This document shows, piece by piece, positions 1-12,239 of a stretch of DNA of 64,000 nucleotides (positions within the stretch are counted from its first letter, which is position 1; every line of letters begins with the position of its first letter). Source of the DNA: Okamejei kenojei. Lineage: Eukaryota. A model generated the notes under the pieces. The model had not been told where the DNA came from and did no database searches. It was given only the letters and a program-made list of their open reading frames with translations. The stretch is taken from positions 91,326,001 to 91,390,000 of the forward strand of contig CM069133.1 in the NCBI GenBank assembly GCA_035221665.1, read 5' to 3'. Both the position numbers and the translations under genes were made by a program.

Positions 1-410
1 AGTTGTTTTGAAACAGAGATGGCCAAGAGGAGACTTAATCAATATATATGCGATTACAAAAGGACCTCATTAAGGTGAATGGGAAGGATGTATTTTATAT
101 AGCAGTGGCCATCAACTGGGCATTGGGTGGGAGGGTTGGATTGGTGGCAGAGTTTTTAAATGATTGATTGGAGAGGTGCTCATAGTATGTTTCCTTTTTA
201 TCCATAAAGCCAGTGATAACCAGAACTCATCACTTCAAATGTGGTAGAAGTAGAAATGGTCTGTCTACTTTTAGTATCTGGATAATCACAGAATGCATTT
301 TAACTTAAAGAGCGACCAAGTAAGACCTGGGGAATGATGTTGGGTTGAGATAGCGACTCCTTAGTTGTCACAAACAAGGGGCTAACTGGCCTCCTCTGTT
401 ACAAAGATTT
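1..410 (+). mobile_element. Highly decayed CR1 LINE 3' fragment
   Basis: Degenerate match to CR1 3' coding end (gaggagacttaatc...; gtggtagaagtagaa...) and 3' UTR (gggctaactggcctcctctgt). Confidence 0.5.
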
Positions 411-769
411 ATGAGTTTAAGTGGAGTTTATTCTGCACAAACCTCTCAGAATCTTGAAGACCTGTGCTGGATCACTAAAGTCCAAGAGCATCAAGAACAA
501 AAAGTTGTAGCTGGCACAATTTCTTCTGAACGTCTGTTTTCTGGCAGTACACTGGTAAGTATGGTTTGCTTTGTTCCCCAATGCCTACCTGTTGCCTTTC
601 TAATCGAGGTGCCAGAACTCTAGAACTATTGAAAGTACTCCAAATGTGGTGTGGTAAGGTTCTTAATATTGCTTTTATGTCTATACTTTCAGTTATGAAT
701 ACTACTGTATTCACTCTTTTACTGAAAGCTCTTGGCAATGTCTGTATCCGTACCCGTGGTCTACTGTGT

Positions 770-985
770 TGGAAAGAACTGCAGATGCTAGTTTAAATTG
801 AAGATAGACATAAAATGCTGGAGTAACTCAGCGGGACAGACAGCATCTCTGAAGAGAAGGAATGGGTGATGTTTTGGGTCGAGCCCCTTCAACAGACTGA
901 AGGGTCTAGACCCAAAACGTCACCCATTCCTTCTCTCCAGAGCTCCTGCCAGTCCCGCTGAGTTCTCCAGCATTTTGTGTCTATC
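770..985. repeat. Palindromic (fold-back) short repeat related to the Penelope terminus
   Basis: gatagacataaaatgctggagtaactcagcggga...tcccgctgagttctccagcattttgtgtctatc forms a ~90-bp-arm hairpin; the same motif ends the Penelope element at ~58170-58290. Confidence 0.8.
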
Positions 986-1122
986 CCATGATCTACTGTT
1001 TGTCTATTCGTATAGACAGATAGTTTCCAAGATATATTCTACCTAATTTTCTTTCTTCTTACTATGAAGTAATCTTGAAGTTAAATGATAATTGTGGATT
1101 TAATGCATGAACTGCAAATTCA

Positions 1123-1529
1123 TGCAGAAGGTTAAGGGGGGACTTGATTGAGGTCTTTAAAATGATGAAAGGGATAGACAGAGTTGACGTGGATATGTTT
1201 TTCCCATTGAGGGTAGGGAAGATTCAAACAAGAGGGCATGACATGCGAATTAAGGGTCAGAGGTTTCGGGGTAACATGAGGGGGAACTTCTTTACTCAGA
1301 GGGTGGTGGCTGTGTGGAATGAGCTTCCAGCAGAAGTGGTGGAGGCGGGATCGATTTTAACATTTAAGAGTAAAGTGGATAGGTATATGGACGTGAAGGG
1401 AATGGAGGGGTATGGTCTGAGTGCAGGCAGATGGGACTAGGGGAAAACAAATGGTTGGCACAGACTGGAAGGGCCGAGAGGGCCTGTTTCCGTGCTGTAA
1501 TTGTTATATGGTTATATGGTTATATGGTT
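1123..1529 (+). mobile_element. Young 5'-truncated CR1 LINE
   Basis: ORF 1144-1440 is the CR1 ORF2 C-terminus (FFTQRVVAVWNELP); (TTATATGG)n tail; aaattca direct repeat at 1116-1122 and 1530-1536; nearly identical to the 3' end of the copy at 27274-29574. Confidence 0.93.
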
Positions 1530-1999
1530 AAATTCACAAAATTAAACTACCTCAGACAGTGTTTAAGCCAGGCAGCAACAATCAACAGAACTGCATCAGT
1601 AATAAACAGAGGTTTCTCCATGAAAGACGCGGCTAATTTTTGAAAGATATCTAGAAGGGTTCCTCCCAGTTTTGGAGAGCTAACATTGCATACAACTCTA
1701 CCTTATGGATGTCAGAAAAATCACAAATATGCAATCCTGATTGTACATAAGCCTTTCCCCCACAGTAAACATTGCAAGATAAAGACAGAGTAAATCTTAC
1801 GATTATAATGAGTATATTTCTAATAAGGGGACAGAAAGCAATAATCAATTTTACAAATTAACACATTGTACAGTTCAAAAATATTAACCAATATCATCTC
1901 ATGCTTATAAAGTTTCAAAAACATGTGCAGATAAAAGTAAAATTTTATAAATTGTTTTAAGAAGATTAAAAACCATTCTTTAAGATGCTTTATAGTTAT

Positions 2000-4035
2000 A
2001 TCTTATAACTATTGTGGAAACCTGACTTATGGAGGGACAGGACCGGCAGCTTAATGATCCTAGCTATAGGTACTATAGGCAAGAGAGGGGGGGGGGGGGG
2101 GGGGGGGGGAATAAGAGAGGAGAGGAATTTGATTTATTCATTAAGGAGAACATTGCGAACATTGAGAACAACGGTCAGAGATGACTACTGATGAATCACC
2201 GAATGAGATATATGTGTGGAGCTGTTAGGATTGTTCTATACGCCAGAGAAATCGTCAACAGGAATTCGAAGAACAAATCTGGTCAGAGATTGCAGACAGC
2301 TGGAAGATACAATTATCTTCAGTGCTTTTTTTCTAATGGTAAACTCCAGTATGGTGTACTGGCACTTCTAAAAAGTTAAAAACAAGATTTTCACATTTTT
2401 TAGAATGTTTAAAATTACAAAAGGATTACAAAAGTTAAAAATATAAAATGTATTAATTAAATGAGGCAGTCAGGCCCTGAAACAGCTTAAGCAAGTTTCA
2501 GGATTTTGATTCATCAACAGCAAGAATGATGTACCTGCCAACACCTTTTTGTCTTCAAAAATAAGAACGGGTTGACATAGTAGGGAACTTTAACTTTCCC
2601 CAATATACATTGGGACTGCCATAGTGCAAAGGGTGGAATTTGACAAGTGCGTTGGGGAAAGTTTGGTCAGGCAATATGTAAAGGGTATTACAAGGGAGTG
2701 GGCAAAGCTGACCTACTCTGAGGGAATTGGGCAGGGCAAGTGACTGAAGGGTCTATGAATGAGCCCTCTGGGACCAGCAAACACTGCTCTATTTTTAGAT
2801 TTAAAATAGTTTTGAATAAGGAATCTGAAGAGAGTTCTCGACCCAAAACGTCACCCATTCCTCTCCAGAGATGCTGCCTGTCCCGCTGAGTTACCCCACC
2901 ATTTTATGTCTATCATATGTAAAAGGATAGGGCTGGTTCACAGGTTAAAAGTTCCAAATTGGGCCAGGACAACTTTGTTGGTATTAGCAGGATTTTTCAA
3001 AAGTAGATTTGGATCGGTTTGTCTGCAGGCATAAGGATTTGCGGAAAATTGGATGCTTTTATAAGTGCGATAGCGTGAGTTTAAATTAAGAATGCCCCAA
3101 TTAGATTGATGGGCAAGGTAGGTAGGAGTTAGGAACGTTAGATGACAAGAGAAATTGAGGCTCTGGTCAGGAAAATAAGGCATGAGTCTGCTACAAGCAG
3201 CAGGGATCGAGTGCATCGATGCTGGAGGAGTGCAGCGGATTAATGAGCATACTCAAGAAGGAAATCAGAAGTGCATAAAGGGGACACGTGAGCTCTGTTA
3301 AATAAGATTAAGGAGAATCCAAAATCAGGGTAAATGTATATTAAGGGAAAAAGAGCAACAAGAGAGAAAATAGGGCCCCTCAGAAATAAAGCGGTTATCT
3401 ATTTGTGGAGCTACAGGAGATGGGCAAGGTCCTCAATGAACATTTCTCCTCTGTTTTAACTGTGGGGAAAGACATGATAACTGGGAAAAGTTAATGGAGA
3501 TGTCTTGAGGACAGTCATTGTCAGGGAGATGATGTATGTCCGAAAATGTATGTAGATAAATCTCCTGGGCCTGATACTCAACAATGCAGTGGGAAGCAAG
3601 AGAAAACATTGCAGTTGCCCTAACCAAGTTATACAAAGGTGAAGTGCCAGAGGACTGGAAGGTGACTAATGCTGTGCCTCTATTTAAGAATGGCTGCAAA
3701 GAAAAACATAACTATATACCAGTAAGCATAATATCTGCGGTGGGAAGGTACTGGGGAGGATTCTGAGCAATAGGATATACATGCATTTGGAAATACAGAG
3801 GTGCATTAGAGATAGCCAGCATCGTTTGATGAGTGGGAGATGATGTATCATAAATTTGAGTGAGTTTTTTGAAGTAACCACAAAGGTCGATGAAGGAAGG
3901 GCTGAAGATATTGTCTGTATGGACTTCAGCAAGGCCTTTGATGAATATTCAACATGGTAAGGTGTTCTGGAAGGTTAGATCGCATGGGATCCAGTGGGAG
4001 CTAGCTAACTGGATATAGAATTTGCTCGATGGTAG
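2000..4035 (+). mobile_element. Old degenerate CR1 LINE ORF2 (endonuclease end to RT), with a Penelope-type half repeat at ~2823-2914
   Basis: Frameshifted motifs GNFNFP, VPEDWKVTNAVPLFKNG, YMDFSKAFD. Confidence 0.8.
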
Positions 4036-5591
4036 AAAGCAGTGGGAGGTTGTATCACAAACTGTTGCCTACAACTGTGGCATCAAGTAGGTCGGGGCGT
4101 TTTTCTCGCCTGATGAAAAATGTCCACGAGTAAAAAATGTTGTGAATTAGGTTGTGAAAGTGCGATAGGCCCTTAAGGGTGTTTAAACTACATGGCTGAA
4201 CCCAAACCATACCTGTTTAAATGCAGATCAGGAGCCAATATAGATCAGCAAGTACAGGAGTGACAGGCGAGCAGGACAGTTGGCTAAAAATTACCAAGAA
4301 ACATTGGGAGACCAGCCAGGAGAAAATGCAGAAAGTGTGAAAAGACAGTGTACACTATCAGAAAGCACGGCTATGATATAGGCAAAAATGAAGACGTCTT
4401 TCTTATCACATAATGTCATATCTCTCATCCTCCCTTTTAAGCACCATGTTGCACATTGCACATTTCTTGGAGAGATTTATGTAAAAGATGAGATTTTAAA
4501 GGCAAGTGGACAAATTGACTTTAAAAAGGGACTTGCCACACAGCTTGTGGCAAACAACAAAACATTAGCTGCAGACAGATCAGGGACAAACTAATCAACT
4601 ACCAAATTTCGGCAGGTCAGAAAATGTCCATCATCAAATATATGTTTTGTAAAAGCACTTGAGAAAAAGCTGCACTTTTCAGTGCAACTTGGATGTTCCA
4701 GTTTAATGAAACAGAACAAACCTCTGGACATCTCCCCACATTCCACATGGGAATGAACAGAAACATAACTTAACCCAGTAAATCAAACTGATCTTGATGT
4801 CAGTTAACTAGCTGATGCTGGCATTTCAAAAATTGATTGTAGTGGCCGTGATTTTGCAGTTGAAACAGCAGCAAAACTCAGTATTTGCTCCCACAAACAA
4901 TATCTGGAGTACGCAAACATAAATATCCATATGATGCTGCCAGTGAACGCTACCCTCAGGCTGAGCTGTGCAACAATATTCAGCAAGGTGGCTGCCAAAT
5001 CATTAATTTCTGATAAGAACCGCAAGTATTTATGAAGTATTTCATTATAATATATCCAGAAAATGTTAGCAAATTCAACTTTTGATGCTGTTAAGTCAAG
5101 ATGAGTGCCGAACAACCACTTTGGCCCTAGAAGAAAACTGAGTAGGGAATATCTCACTATCAGATTTCATGATTCTACATTTCAATTTTTCTTAAAATAT
5201 TTGATATTTCAGCCGACAATCTTCAGTGCAAATTCCAATCTTCATTTCATGCTCCATACTAAATTTAACAATCTATTTTTAAATTGTGCTCCCAAACTCC
5301 TGGCTAGCTTGCTGTTTGTGAGAATCAGCTCGATTCTAATTGATTACACTGCTGTTGATGAATGCAAACATTCTGCCCTTTCCCACTCTCACTGTTAATG
5401 GGAGTTGGGGTACATCACGACTGAATTCACTGATCGTTGTGTGCAATTGATTTTCTCCCCTGGCAAGCACCATCATTTGATGTTGACTGCAAAATCCAGG
5501 CCATTAACCTTGACTAAAGGGGTGCACGTTTCCATTTACCACAATAATCAGCTTCCGCACCACTCAACTAACAGCCTATGAGAGAACTTAC

Positions 5592-5735
5592 CCCTCCTGC
5601 TTTCAGCAGCTTCCGACGGAATTCCTCTGTTGGATTGTTGAAGGTAAGTTTTTCACAACGGAGATGATTTACAGGTGGATGTCCCTCAAGATGCAGGAAT
5701 AAGTCATAATCAAAGCGTACCTTCTTGGGCTCTTC
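5592..5735 (-). CDS. MLLT3: MLLT3 (AF9) internal coding exon, YEATS domain C-terminal part (probably equivalent to human exon 4)
   Basis: 144-bp phase-0 exon bounded by ccttAG and GTAAGT; translates [48 protein letters not shown], matching AF9 ([16 protein letters not shown]) rather than ENL/MLLT1 (VCFTYDLFLNLEGNPP) as I recall them. Confidence 0.95.
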
Positions 5736-6114
5736 CTAAGGAAAAATAAGATGCAAAATTATATCCAAATGATCCATAATAGGTTTGGCTGTACAAGCAA
5801 GACAATTATTGGGTTTGTTATTGGACTTTCCCAGATTTAAGGAAAAGTACAAGTTCTCTCAATTGGGTAAAACAATCACAAAATTGGATCAAAGCTGTAT
5901 TAAAAAAACTAAAAATAATTTCTTGTTTTCCACTGTTTGAAAATAAAAGTAGCGTATCATGAGACCAGGGGCTGCAGAAAAAAAGCAGCACTAAATAATT
6001 AGTTGCCAAATCAACACCAGCATATTTGTTCAATAATCAACAGTTCCCTCATTGGCCTCATCAGCCATCTCAAACCGACAGAACCAGAGTGGAAGCAAGT
6101 TATCCTTATTTAAA

Positions 6115-7690
6115 GTCAGTCAGTCAGACAGGACCTTTCAGCCCAACTCGTCCATGCCATCCATGAAGCTAATCCCAGCTAGACTTGTTTGCCCACGTCT
6201 GTCCAATATCCCTCTAAACGTTTCTTATTCATGTACCTGTTTAAATGTTTTTTAAATGTAGTTATCGTACCTGCCTTAGCTACTTCCTTTGGAGGCTTGT
6301 TTTATATACGAACCACTCTGTGTGAAAACGTTGCCTCTCAGATTATTTCCCCTCAGCTTTAACCTTTACCCTGTAGTTCTTGATTCCCCTTCCCCTATCT
6401 ATTCCCCTATAGGTTTTAAGCACCTAAAAGTTTACTCCCGGGTTTCCAGCGCTGCAAGGAACAAAGTTCTAGCCTGCCCAACTTCTCCCTGCAGCTCAGG
6501 CCCTCAAGTACCATTAACATCCTCAGAAATCTTTTCTGCATTCTTTCCAACGTAATGGTATTTTCCCGCAGAAGGGTGACCAAAACTGAAAATAAGACTC
6601 CAAGTCTCATTAATGTATAATGCAACTGCAGCATAACATCCCAACATCTATACTCAATTCCCTGATTGATGAAGGCCACCGTGCCAAAAGGCTTAATCAC
6701 CCAATCTACCTGCGTGACTCTTTCAGGAAACGACTGTATGTCTGGTACTCGGAGATCCTTATGCTGTACAACACTCTGCATGGCCCAACTGTTCACTGTA
6801 CATAAGGTCCTGGTCTGGTTTGACTCCCTAAAATGCGACACCTTAAGCCCCTGTCCCACTTATGTGTCCTTGGCACGCTAATTACGCAAACTCGTGGTCG
6901 CGTTGAAGCACGACGGTCCCACGAAGATCGCACGCGACTTGATGCATCCGCACAGCCGTCTGGAACGCGTGACATCATTTGAAGATGGACGCAAAATGCA
7001 GGAGTAACTCAGCGGGACCTGCAGCATCTCTGGAGGGAAGCAATAGGTGATGTTTCGGGTCAAGACCCTTCTTCAGTCTGAAAGAAGGGACTTGACCCAA
7101 AGCGTCATCCATTTCTTCTCTCCAGAAATACTGCTGGTCCCGCTGAGTTACTCCAGCATTTTGTGTCTATCTTCAATTTTCTTGGCCCCACTCTGGGAGT
7201 AGAAGTGTGGGCGGATCCGGACCGCAAAGGCCGTGAGCCCCAGGCCGGGTTTGACGATCGTTTGCCTGCTTCTGCTGCTGTTGGAGGTGAGACGTTGCGT
7301 CGCGCCAGGGTCTTGGGCCTGTCCCACTTTGGCCGTCAGTTACCCGAAAGGCCGGTGGTGCGCAAAGATTTTGTTCGCTACAAAATTACGGAGCTCCGCA
7401 CGATATCGCGCACAACCCCATACCCCTCCGCGCTTCTCAGTGGCACTGGCCCCGCGTGGCCACACGATGCCCGTGCACCTCAACGCGACGACGAGGTCGC
7501 GTAATTTGCATGCCAAGGACACGTAAGTGGGACAGGGCCTTTACACATTTAAAATAAACTCCATTCAGCCCACTGATCAGGCTGATCAAGGTCCCACTGT
7601 AATTCTTAGTACCATCACGATCCATGATACTACCTATTTTAGTGCAAATTACTACTTATGACATATATTCTCATCCAATTGTTTATAAAG
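6115..7690 (-). mobile_element. Degenerate CR1 LINE 3' part, split by the MITE at 6846-7540
   Basis: ORF 6416-6859 resembles CR1 RT C-terminus (AFINQGIEYR...LERMQKRFLRM); the CR1 sequence resumes after 7543. Confidence 0.8.
6846..7540. mobile_element. Non-autonomous PIF/Harbinger-type DNA transposon (MITE), copy 1
   Basis: Long imperfect TIRs (AGCCCCTGTCCCACTT... / ...AAGTGGGACAGGGCCT) with a TTA target duplication at 6843-6845 and 7541-7543; internal Penelope-type hairpin; homologous to 52185-53238. Confidence 0.85.
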
Positions 7691-7789
7691 CACCAAGAAG
7701 ATTAAGCTACCCCTACCTTAGGCTACAATTTTAAATGATTACACAGCAAATGAAAAGGAGCCCGATTGCCTGCATATCAAATCCCCACC

Positions 7790-8445
7790 TTCAAAGCTAA
7801 CACAGGAAACCTTTATTTAATAATTACCCAAAGGTATGGTTGTCTAAAGGATAAGTGACAAAGTAGTGGCAAACAATTGTTTACCTGATGAGGGAAGTAG
7901 ACTGTGGGACTCCAGGAGGTCAGTAATTACCACCACTGGTTTTCTTGCTACATGCAAGTAACAATGTCCTGGGTACAGGGAGCACAAATTTGTAGTTGGC
8001 ACAGGATATAAAAGTTTACCATGTATTAAATAATGTGCAGGGTGGTGGCCAACTTGGAGGAAGCCGACAGAAATGAGCCAACTCCAATCAGATATTATTC
8101 AATAGGAGCAAGTGTTGTCCTTCACGCGAGACATTGAAACAACGACAATATAAATGAAAGCAAGCAGGTTGTGAGAATAGGAGCAGGGGTAGAGTTTCAC
8201 AAATCTATGAATGTGGCAGACAAGATGTTAAGGGATTAAGAGAACATATGGGATGCCTGGACTGTAAATAGGGCAAGTGAATACAAAAACAAGGATGTCA
8301 TGCTAAACCTTAACTCATTGGTTTAGTCTCAGCTGATGTTTTGTGTATAATTGTGGCACTATACTACGAAAAGTGCATCAGATCTTAGGGAGGGATATTT
8401 ATTAGAATGGCACTAAGGATGAAAAACTTGAATTGGGTCAGTAAC
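7790..8445 (+). mobile_element. Very decayed CR1 RT fragment
   Basis: Residual CR1-like motifs (gaatacaaaaacaaggatgtcatgctaaacct; ttagtctcagctg). Confidence 0.5.
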
Positions 8446-9335
8446 TAATTGTTTTGGGGTGGTGGTGGTGGGGGGGGGGGAAGAAAGGGATAAGACACTT
8501 GGCAAAATGAAAAATTAACGGTAGAAACTCCTCTCTGACCCCCTTTCCTTGGTCTTTTTATCCTTCAAAAGAAGCCATTTTCATTTTTAGACCAGACATT
8601 TAAATTCAGAGCTGTATTAACATTTAGAGCTGCATTATTTAGACGAGCTCCAGGTGTCCATTGCTGTAGTTTCCATCCTTTTGTTCTTGCTTGCAGACGT
8701 TCTGGTCTGCTAAGCAAATCCGAAGCTGAACTACCACAGCAACAAGACTCCCGACTCTATTAGAAACTTATGCTTGTGAATTAATTGCAGAAACATCAGA
8801 AATTAACTGAAATGTTATTTTATTTCAACCAAAACTACAAATTATTTTTTATTCCAATTTCTCAATATTTGCTCCTAAAAAAACATTCTCCTCTGCTGCA
8901 GCTTTGTACATACAAGATTATAGAAAATGTGAAGCTTTTAGTCACAGATGTTACACTGGTAATAGCAGCACCTTAATGGTGGCTTCTCATCACTTTTAGA
9001 AATGGTGCTTCAGCAATTTAGTGTTAAAGAGCTATTAAAGTCGTCACCCCTCCCCCAATCACAGTGGCTCAGTTTCCTTCACAAACTTTTTTGCTGTGCA
9101 CAGACTGAATGGGGTCACTATATTTCGGAGGGAGTGGACGAGAGATTTAAATTTTTGACTTAAAAGTTTAAATGTAAAACTAATCTTATAGACAGTAATG
9201 TTGCATTGCAAAGTTGAACTGTATACTTCCATACATTTCACTATGCAAAACCTACTATGCAAACACTACTTTAAGATGCTACGATCACCAGCATTCATTC
9301 CACCATTCAAAAATATCAAGTGTCAATTACTTTAC

Positions 9336-9418
9336 CTTGTTTCGGAAGTACACTTCAATCGGCATTATAAAACCAGCGTATCCTGACTCTTCCACTTTAT
9401 ACGGTGGATCCTTGCACA
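9336..9418 (-). CDS. MLLT3: MLLT3 (AF9) internal coding exon, YEATS domain (probably equivalent to human exon 3)
   Basis: 83-bp exon after a polypyrimidine tract and tgcAG, ending at GTAAAG; translates (V)[27 protein letters not shown], including the acyl-lysine-pocket SGYAGF loop; splices in frame to the 5735 exon. Confidence 0.95.
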
Positions 9419-9764
9419 CTGCACTCAAAAAGAAAGATTACAAAACAGTTCAGAATAGAGCACGCACACCCAGGAGGTATCGGGATAATAGGCTATAATA
9501 CAAGCAAACTGCTTTGTAAAAGGTCAAAATTTGCGTGACTTTACTTAAGCAATTCAATTCAGGCAATATAAAAGCATTGCAAACTTGCTTTTCCATAACA
9601 CAGGTCATATTCCATAAAAAGTCAATAACATGCACACGTGAATACAAATTCAACAGCTAAACTCAAACTGCACTCCTGGATTTTGGGGATCAAATTTATT
9701 CAAACAGTGAATGCAGAGGTTGCGCGTGGTGGCCTGGCCAATATCCAATCCCTCAAATCACCAC

Positions 9765-9940
9765 TGCAATAACCGTACACTCTGCGATGATTTCGCTGAA
9801 CACTTACGCGCAGTCCGCCGAGGCCTACGATATCTCCCAGTTGCTAATGATTTCCACTCCTCTGCCCATTTCCAAACTGGCCTTTGTGTCCTGGGCTGCC
9901 TCCATTGTTACAGTGAGGCCATATGTGTACATTGGAGAAG
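9765..9940 (+). mobile_element. Penelope-like fragment (GIY-YIG region)
   Basis: DFAEHLRAVRRG..LPVANDFHS...LCVLG resembles DRFVQHHRSVRNNQPDLPVAQHFNS...LSVLG of the element at 58143-58793. Confidence 0.7.
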
Positions 9941-10679
9941 CAGCGCCTCAAATTTTCGCAAATTATTCACGCATATGACGCCCAAGTGGGACAGGCCTTT
10001 TACTTCAACACTTTGTGTCTACCACTGTAAGACTACTTGTCATTATCACCTGGTCCTCAGAGAGCCACATAAGCAGAATTGGCTGACACATCTGCTAAAA
10101 TACAACAGTGAATATACTACAAAAGGTACTTGGAGAACTTTGGAACAATAAGAGGCTGTAAAAATTTTCAATTAAATTTGATTTTCCTTCCTCCTAAATT
10201 AATAATGTTGATAAAGGATATATCAGCAATATTTTGAAAATATTTTCTCCCAAGTACAGTATATCAATGGAAATCATTACATGGATACAAGTCTCAGTAG
10301 AGCACATGGTTTTAATGCAGTGCCAAATTCTTAAATATGATTTAGTTCCCTCTTGTAAGGAAAAACAAACCTGTAAGCAAATGTATTGTTCCACAACCTG
10401 CCAGACTGTATCTGAAAGCAGTACCATAACAGAGATCTGATTTATAGATTGTGCTCCATTTATTTCAATTTACATTGCTAACCTGAATAAATAATCGCTT
10501 GGGCTTGGTCACAAAGATTTACAGGCTGGAACTGATACCCAACCCAGGCACATGATTCTATAGCAAACTTGCTGTAACAACTTTTCATAATTAAACTGTA
10601 CAGCTGTTGCCTCTCACTCTGAATCTTTTCAGTGGGAAATAGTAGAAAACAGGTACTAAGAATCAAACTAAATCATTAA

Positions 10680-10870
10680 TTTACCATTGAAGGAATCTTC
10701 AGGAGGCATCAATTCAAAAAGACAGGTGATATCAAAGACCCACACCATCCTGGCCATATTCTCATCTTGCTCCTACCATTGAGGTGATGATACTGGAGCC
10801 TGAAAACCATGAACTCCATGTTCAAAAACAGCTTCTTCCCAGGCAACCGTCAAGTTCCTGAACACTGCAC
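10680..10870 (+). mobile_element. LINE 3' fragment (Rex1/Babar-like)
   Basis: IKDPHHPGH.L..LLP...FKNSFFP motif typical of the Rex1 ORF C-terminus. Confidence 0.6.
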
Positions 10871-12239
10871 AACAGTAACCACCATCTCAGCAGCTAAAAA
10901 TCCACAATGGATCAGTGTTCAAGTCAAGAGTTTGTCATGTGTCCCAGATAGGACAATGAGATTCTTGCTTGCTGTAGCACAGAATATTGTCGGCATAAAT
11001 ACAGATCAGATCAGTGTGTCCATATACCACAGAATATGAATATATATATATACACACACATAAATAAACAGATAAACTGCAAAAAGCTGTTAGTTGGTTG
11101 GCAAAACTCAGCGGGTCAGGCAGCATCTGTGGAGGGATAAAACTTCACCTATCCTATCCCTCTGCAGATGCTGCCTGATCCATTGAGCTACTCCAAAGCT
11201 TTGTATTTTGCTCGATTCCAGCATCTGCAGTTTCTTGTATCTCCACGATCTGTGATGCATTTTGTTTTGGTTGCATTGTGGACTTTGGTTTTGCGTTATT
11301 ATGGTTTAGTTATATAGAATAACTAGTTATTAATTTACTGTATTATTGACTATGATATATTTATTTGCATGTTCTTGCATTAATGGGCCTGTGATGCTGC
11401 AGCAAGAGTTTGCTGCAAGAATTGTCCCTTACCAGGAAATATGACAATTAAACACTTCTGATTCTTGGCTTCATTTAAAATGCTGGAAATAGCATGTTAA
11501 CAACATCTGTGACTAGTTACTGTTTGATACAACAGTTCAAAATCACAACTGTTTTTGATAAAATAAATAAATAGAATATTTTTTCCAGAAGCAGAACAGT
11601 TAGTAACCAGAGACAGGCAGAAGTACCAATGACTGGCGACATGGAATTCATAATGGAAGCAGATTCTATGGCAACTTTTAAAAGCGGTTTGGATAATTGC
11701 TTAAGGGGAAACAATTTATGACATCATTAGAATAGAGCAGGGTAGTGGGACTAATTAGTTTGATAGCTTTATATAAGAGCAGACAGGAACAAGATGCTGA
11801 ATGTTTTCTGTGTATTCCGTATAATCCTGTAATTTCAAATCATCAACAAAAGTGTTTTAATTTCATTTCAGATTTCAAGTTTTTGGAATTTCAAAAAAGA
11901 TGTGCTGAATCAAATTTAGAACCATTCACTGCTAAGTGGAAGTCCACCAAATGAGAGTGTTATTGGGGCCGTTTCAGAACACTTTTATTAAAGTGGCCTC
12001 AGATGTTTTTGTTCCCTACATTGGATTAGTGAAAACAGGCGGGAATCAGTTTGTCAAAAAAACAAAATGTAGTGTTATATTGGAAATCTTACCACTGAAT
12101 AGCTTCTTGAAGATGCAGGTTATCAAATATGTGTGTGATAATATCTCAGTGTAAGGATGAATGGAGTGGAGTATGAAGTTCCGGTGTGCAGTCGATCATT
12201 GAGGAAATATGCCCTGTCTGCATAATGTAAACATTCATT

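Noticed and set aside
4804-5157. 117-aa minus-strand ORF just downstream of the MLLT3 exon
   Set aside because: No resemblance to the next AF9 exon or any protein I recognise; treated as a chance intronic ORF.
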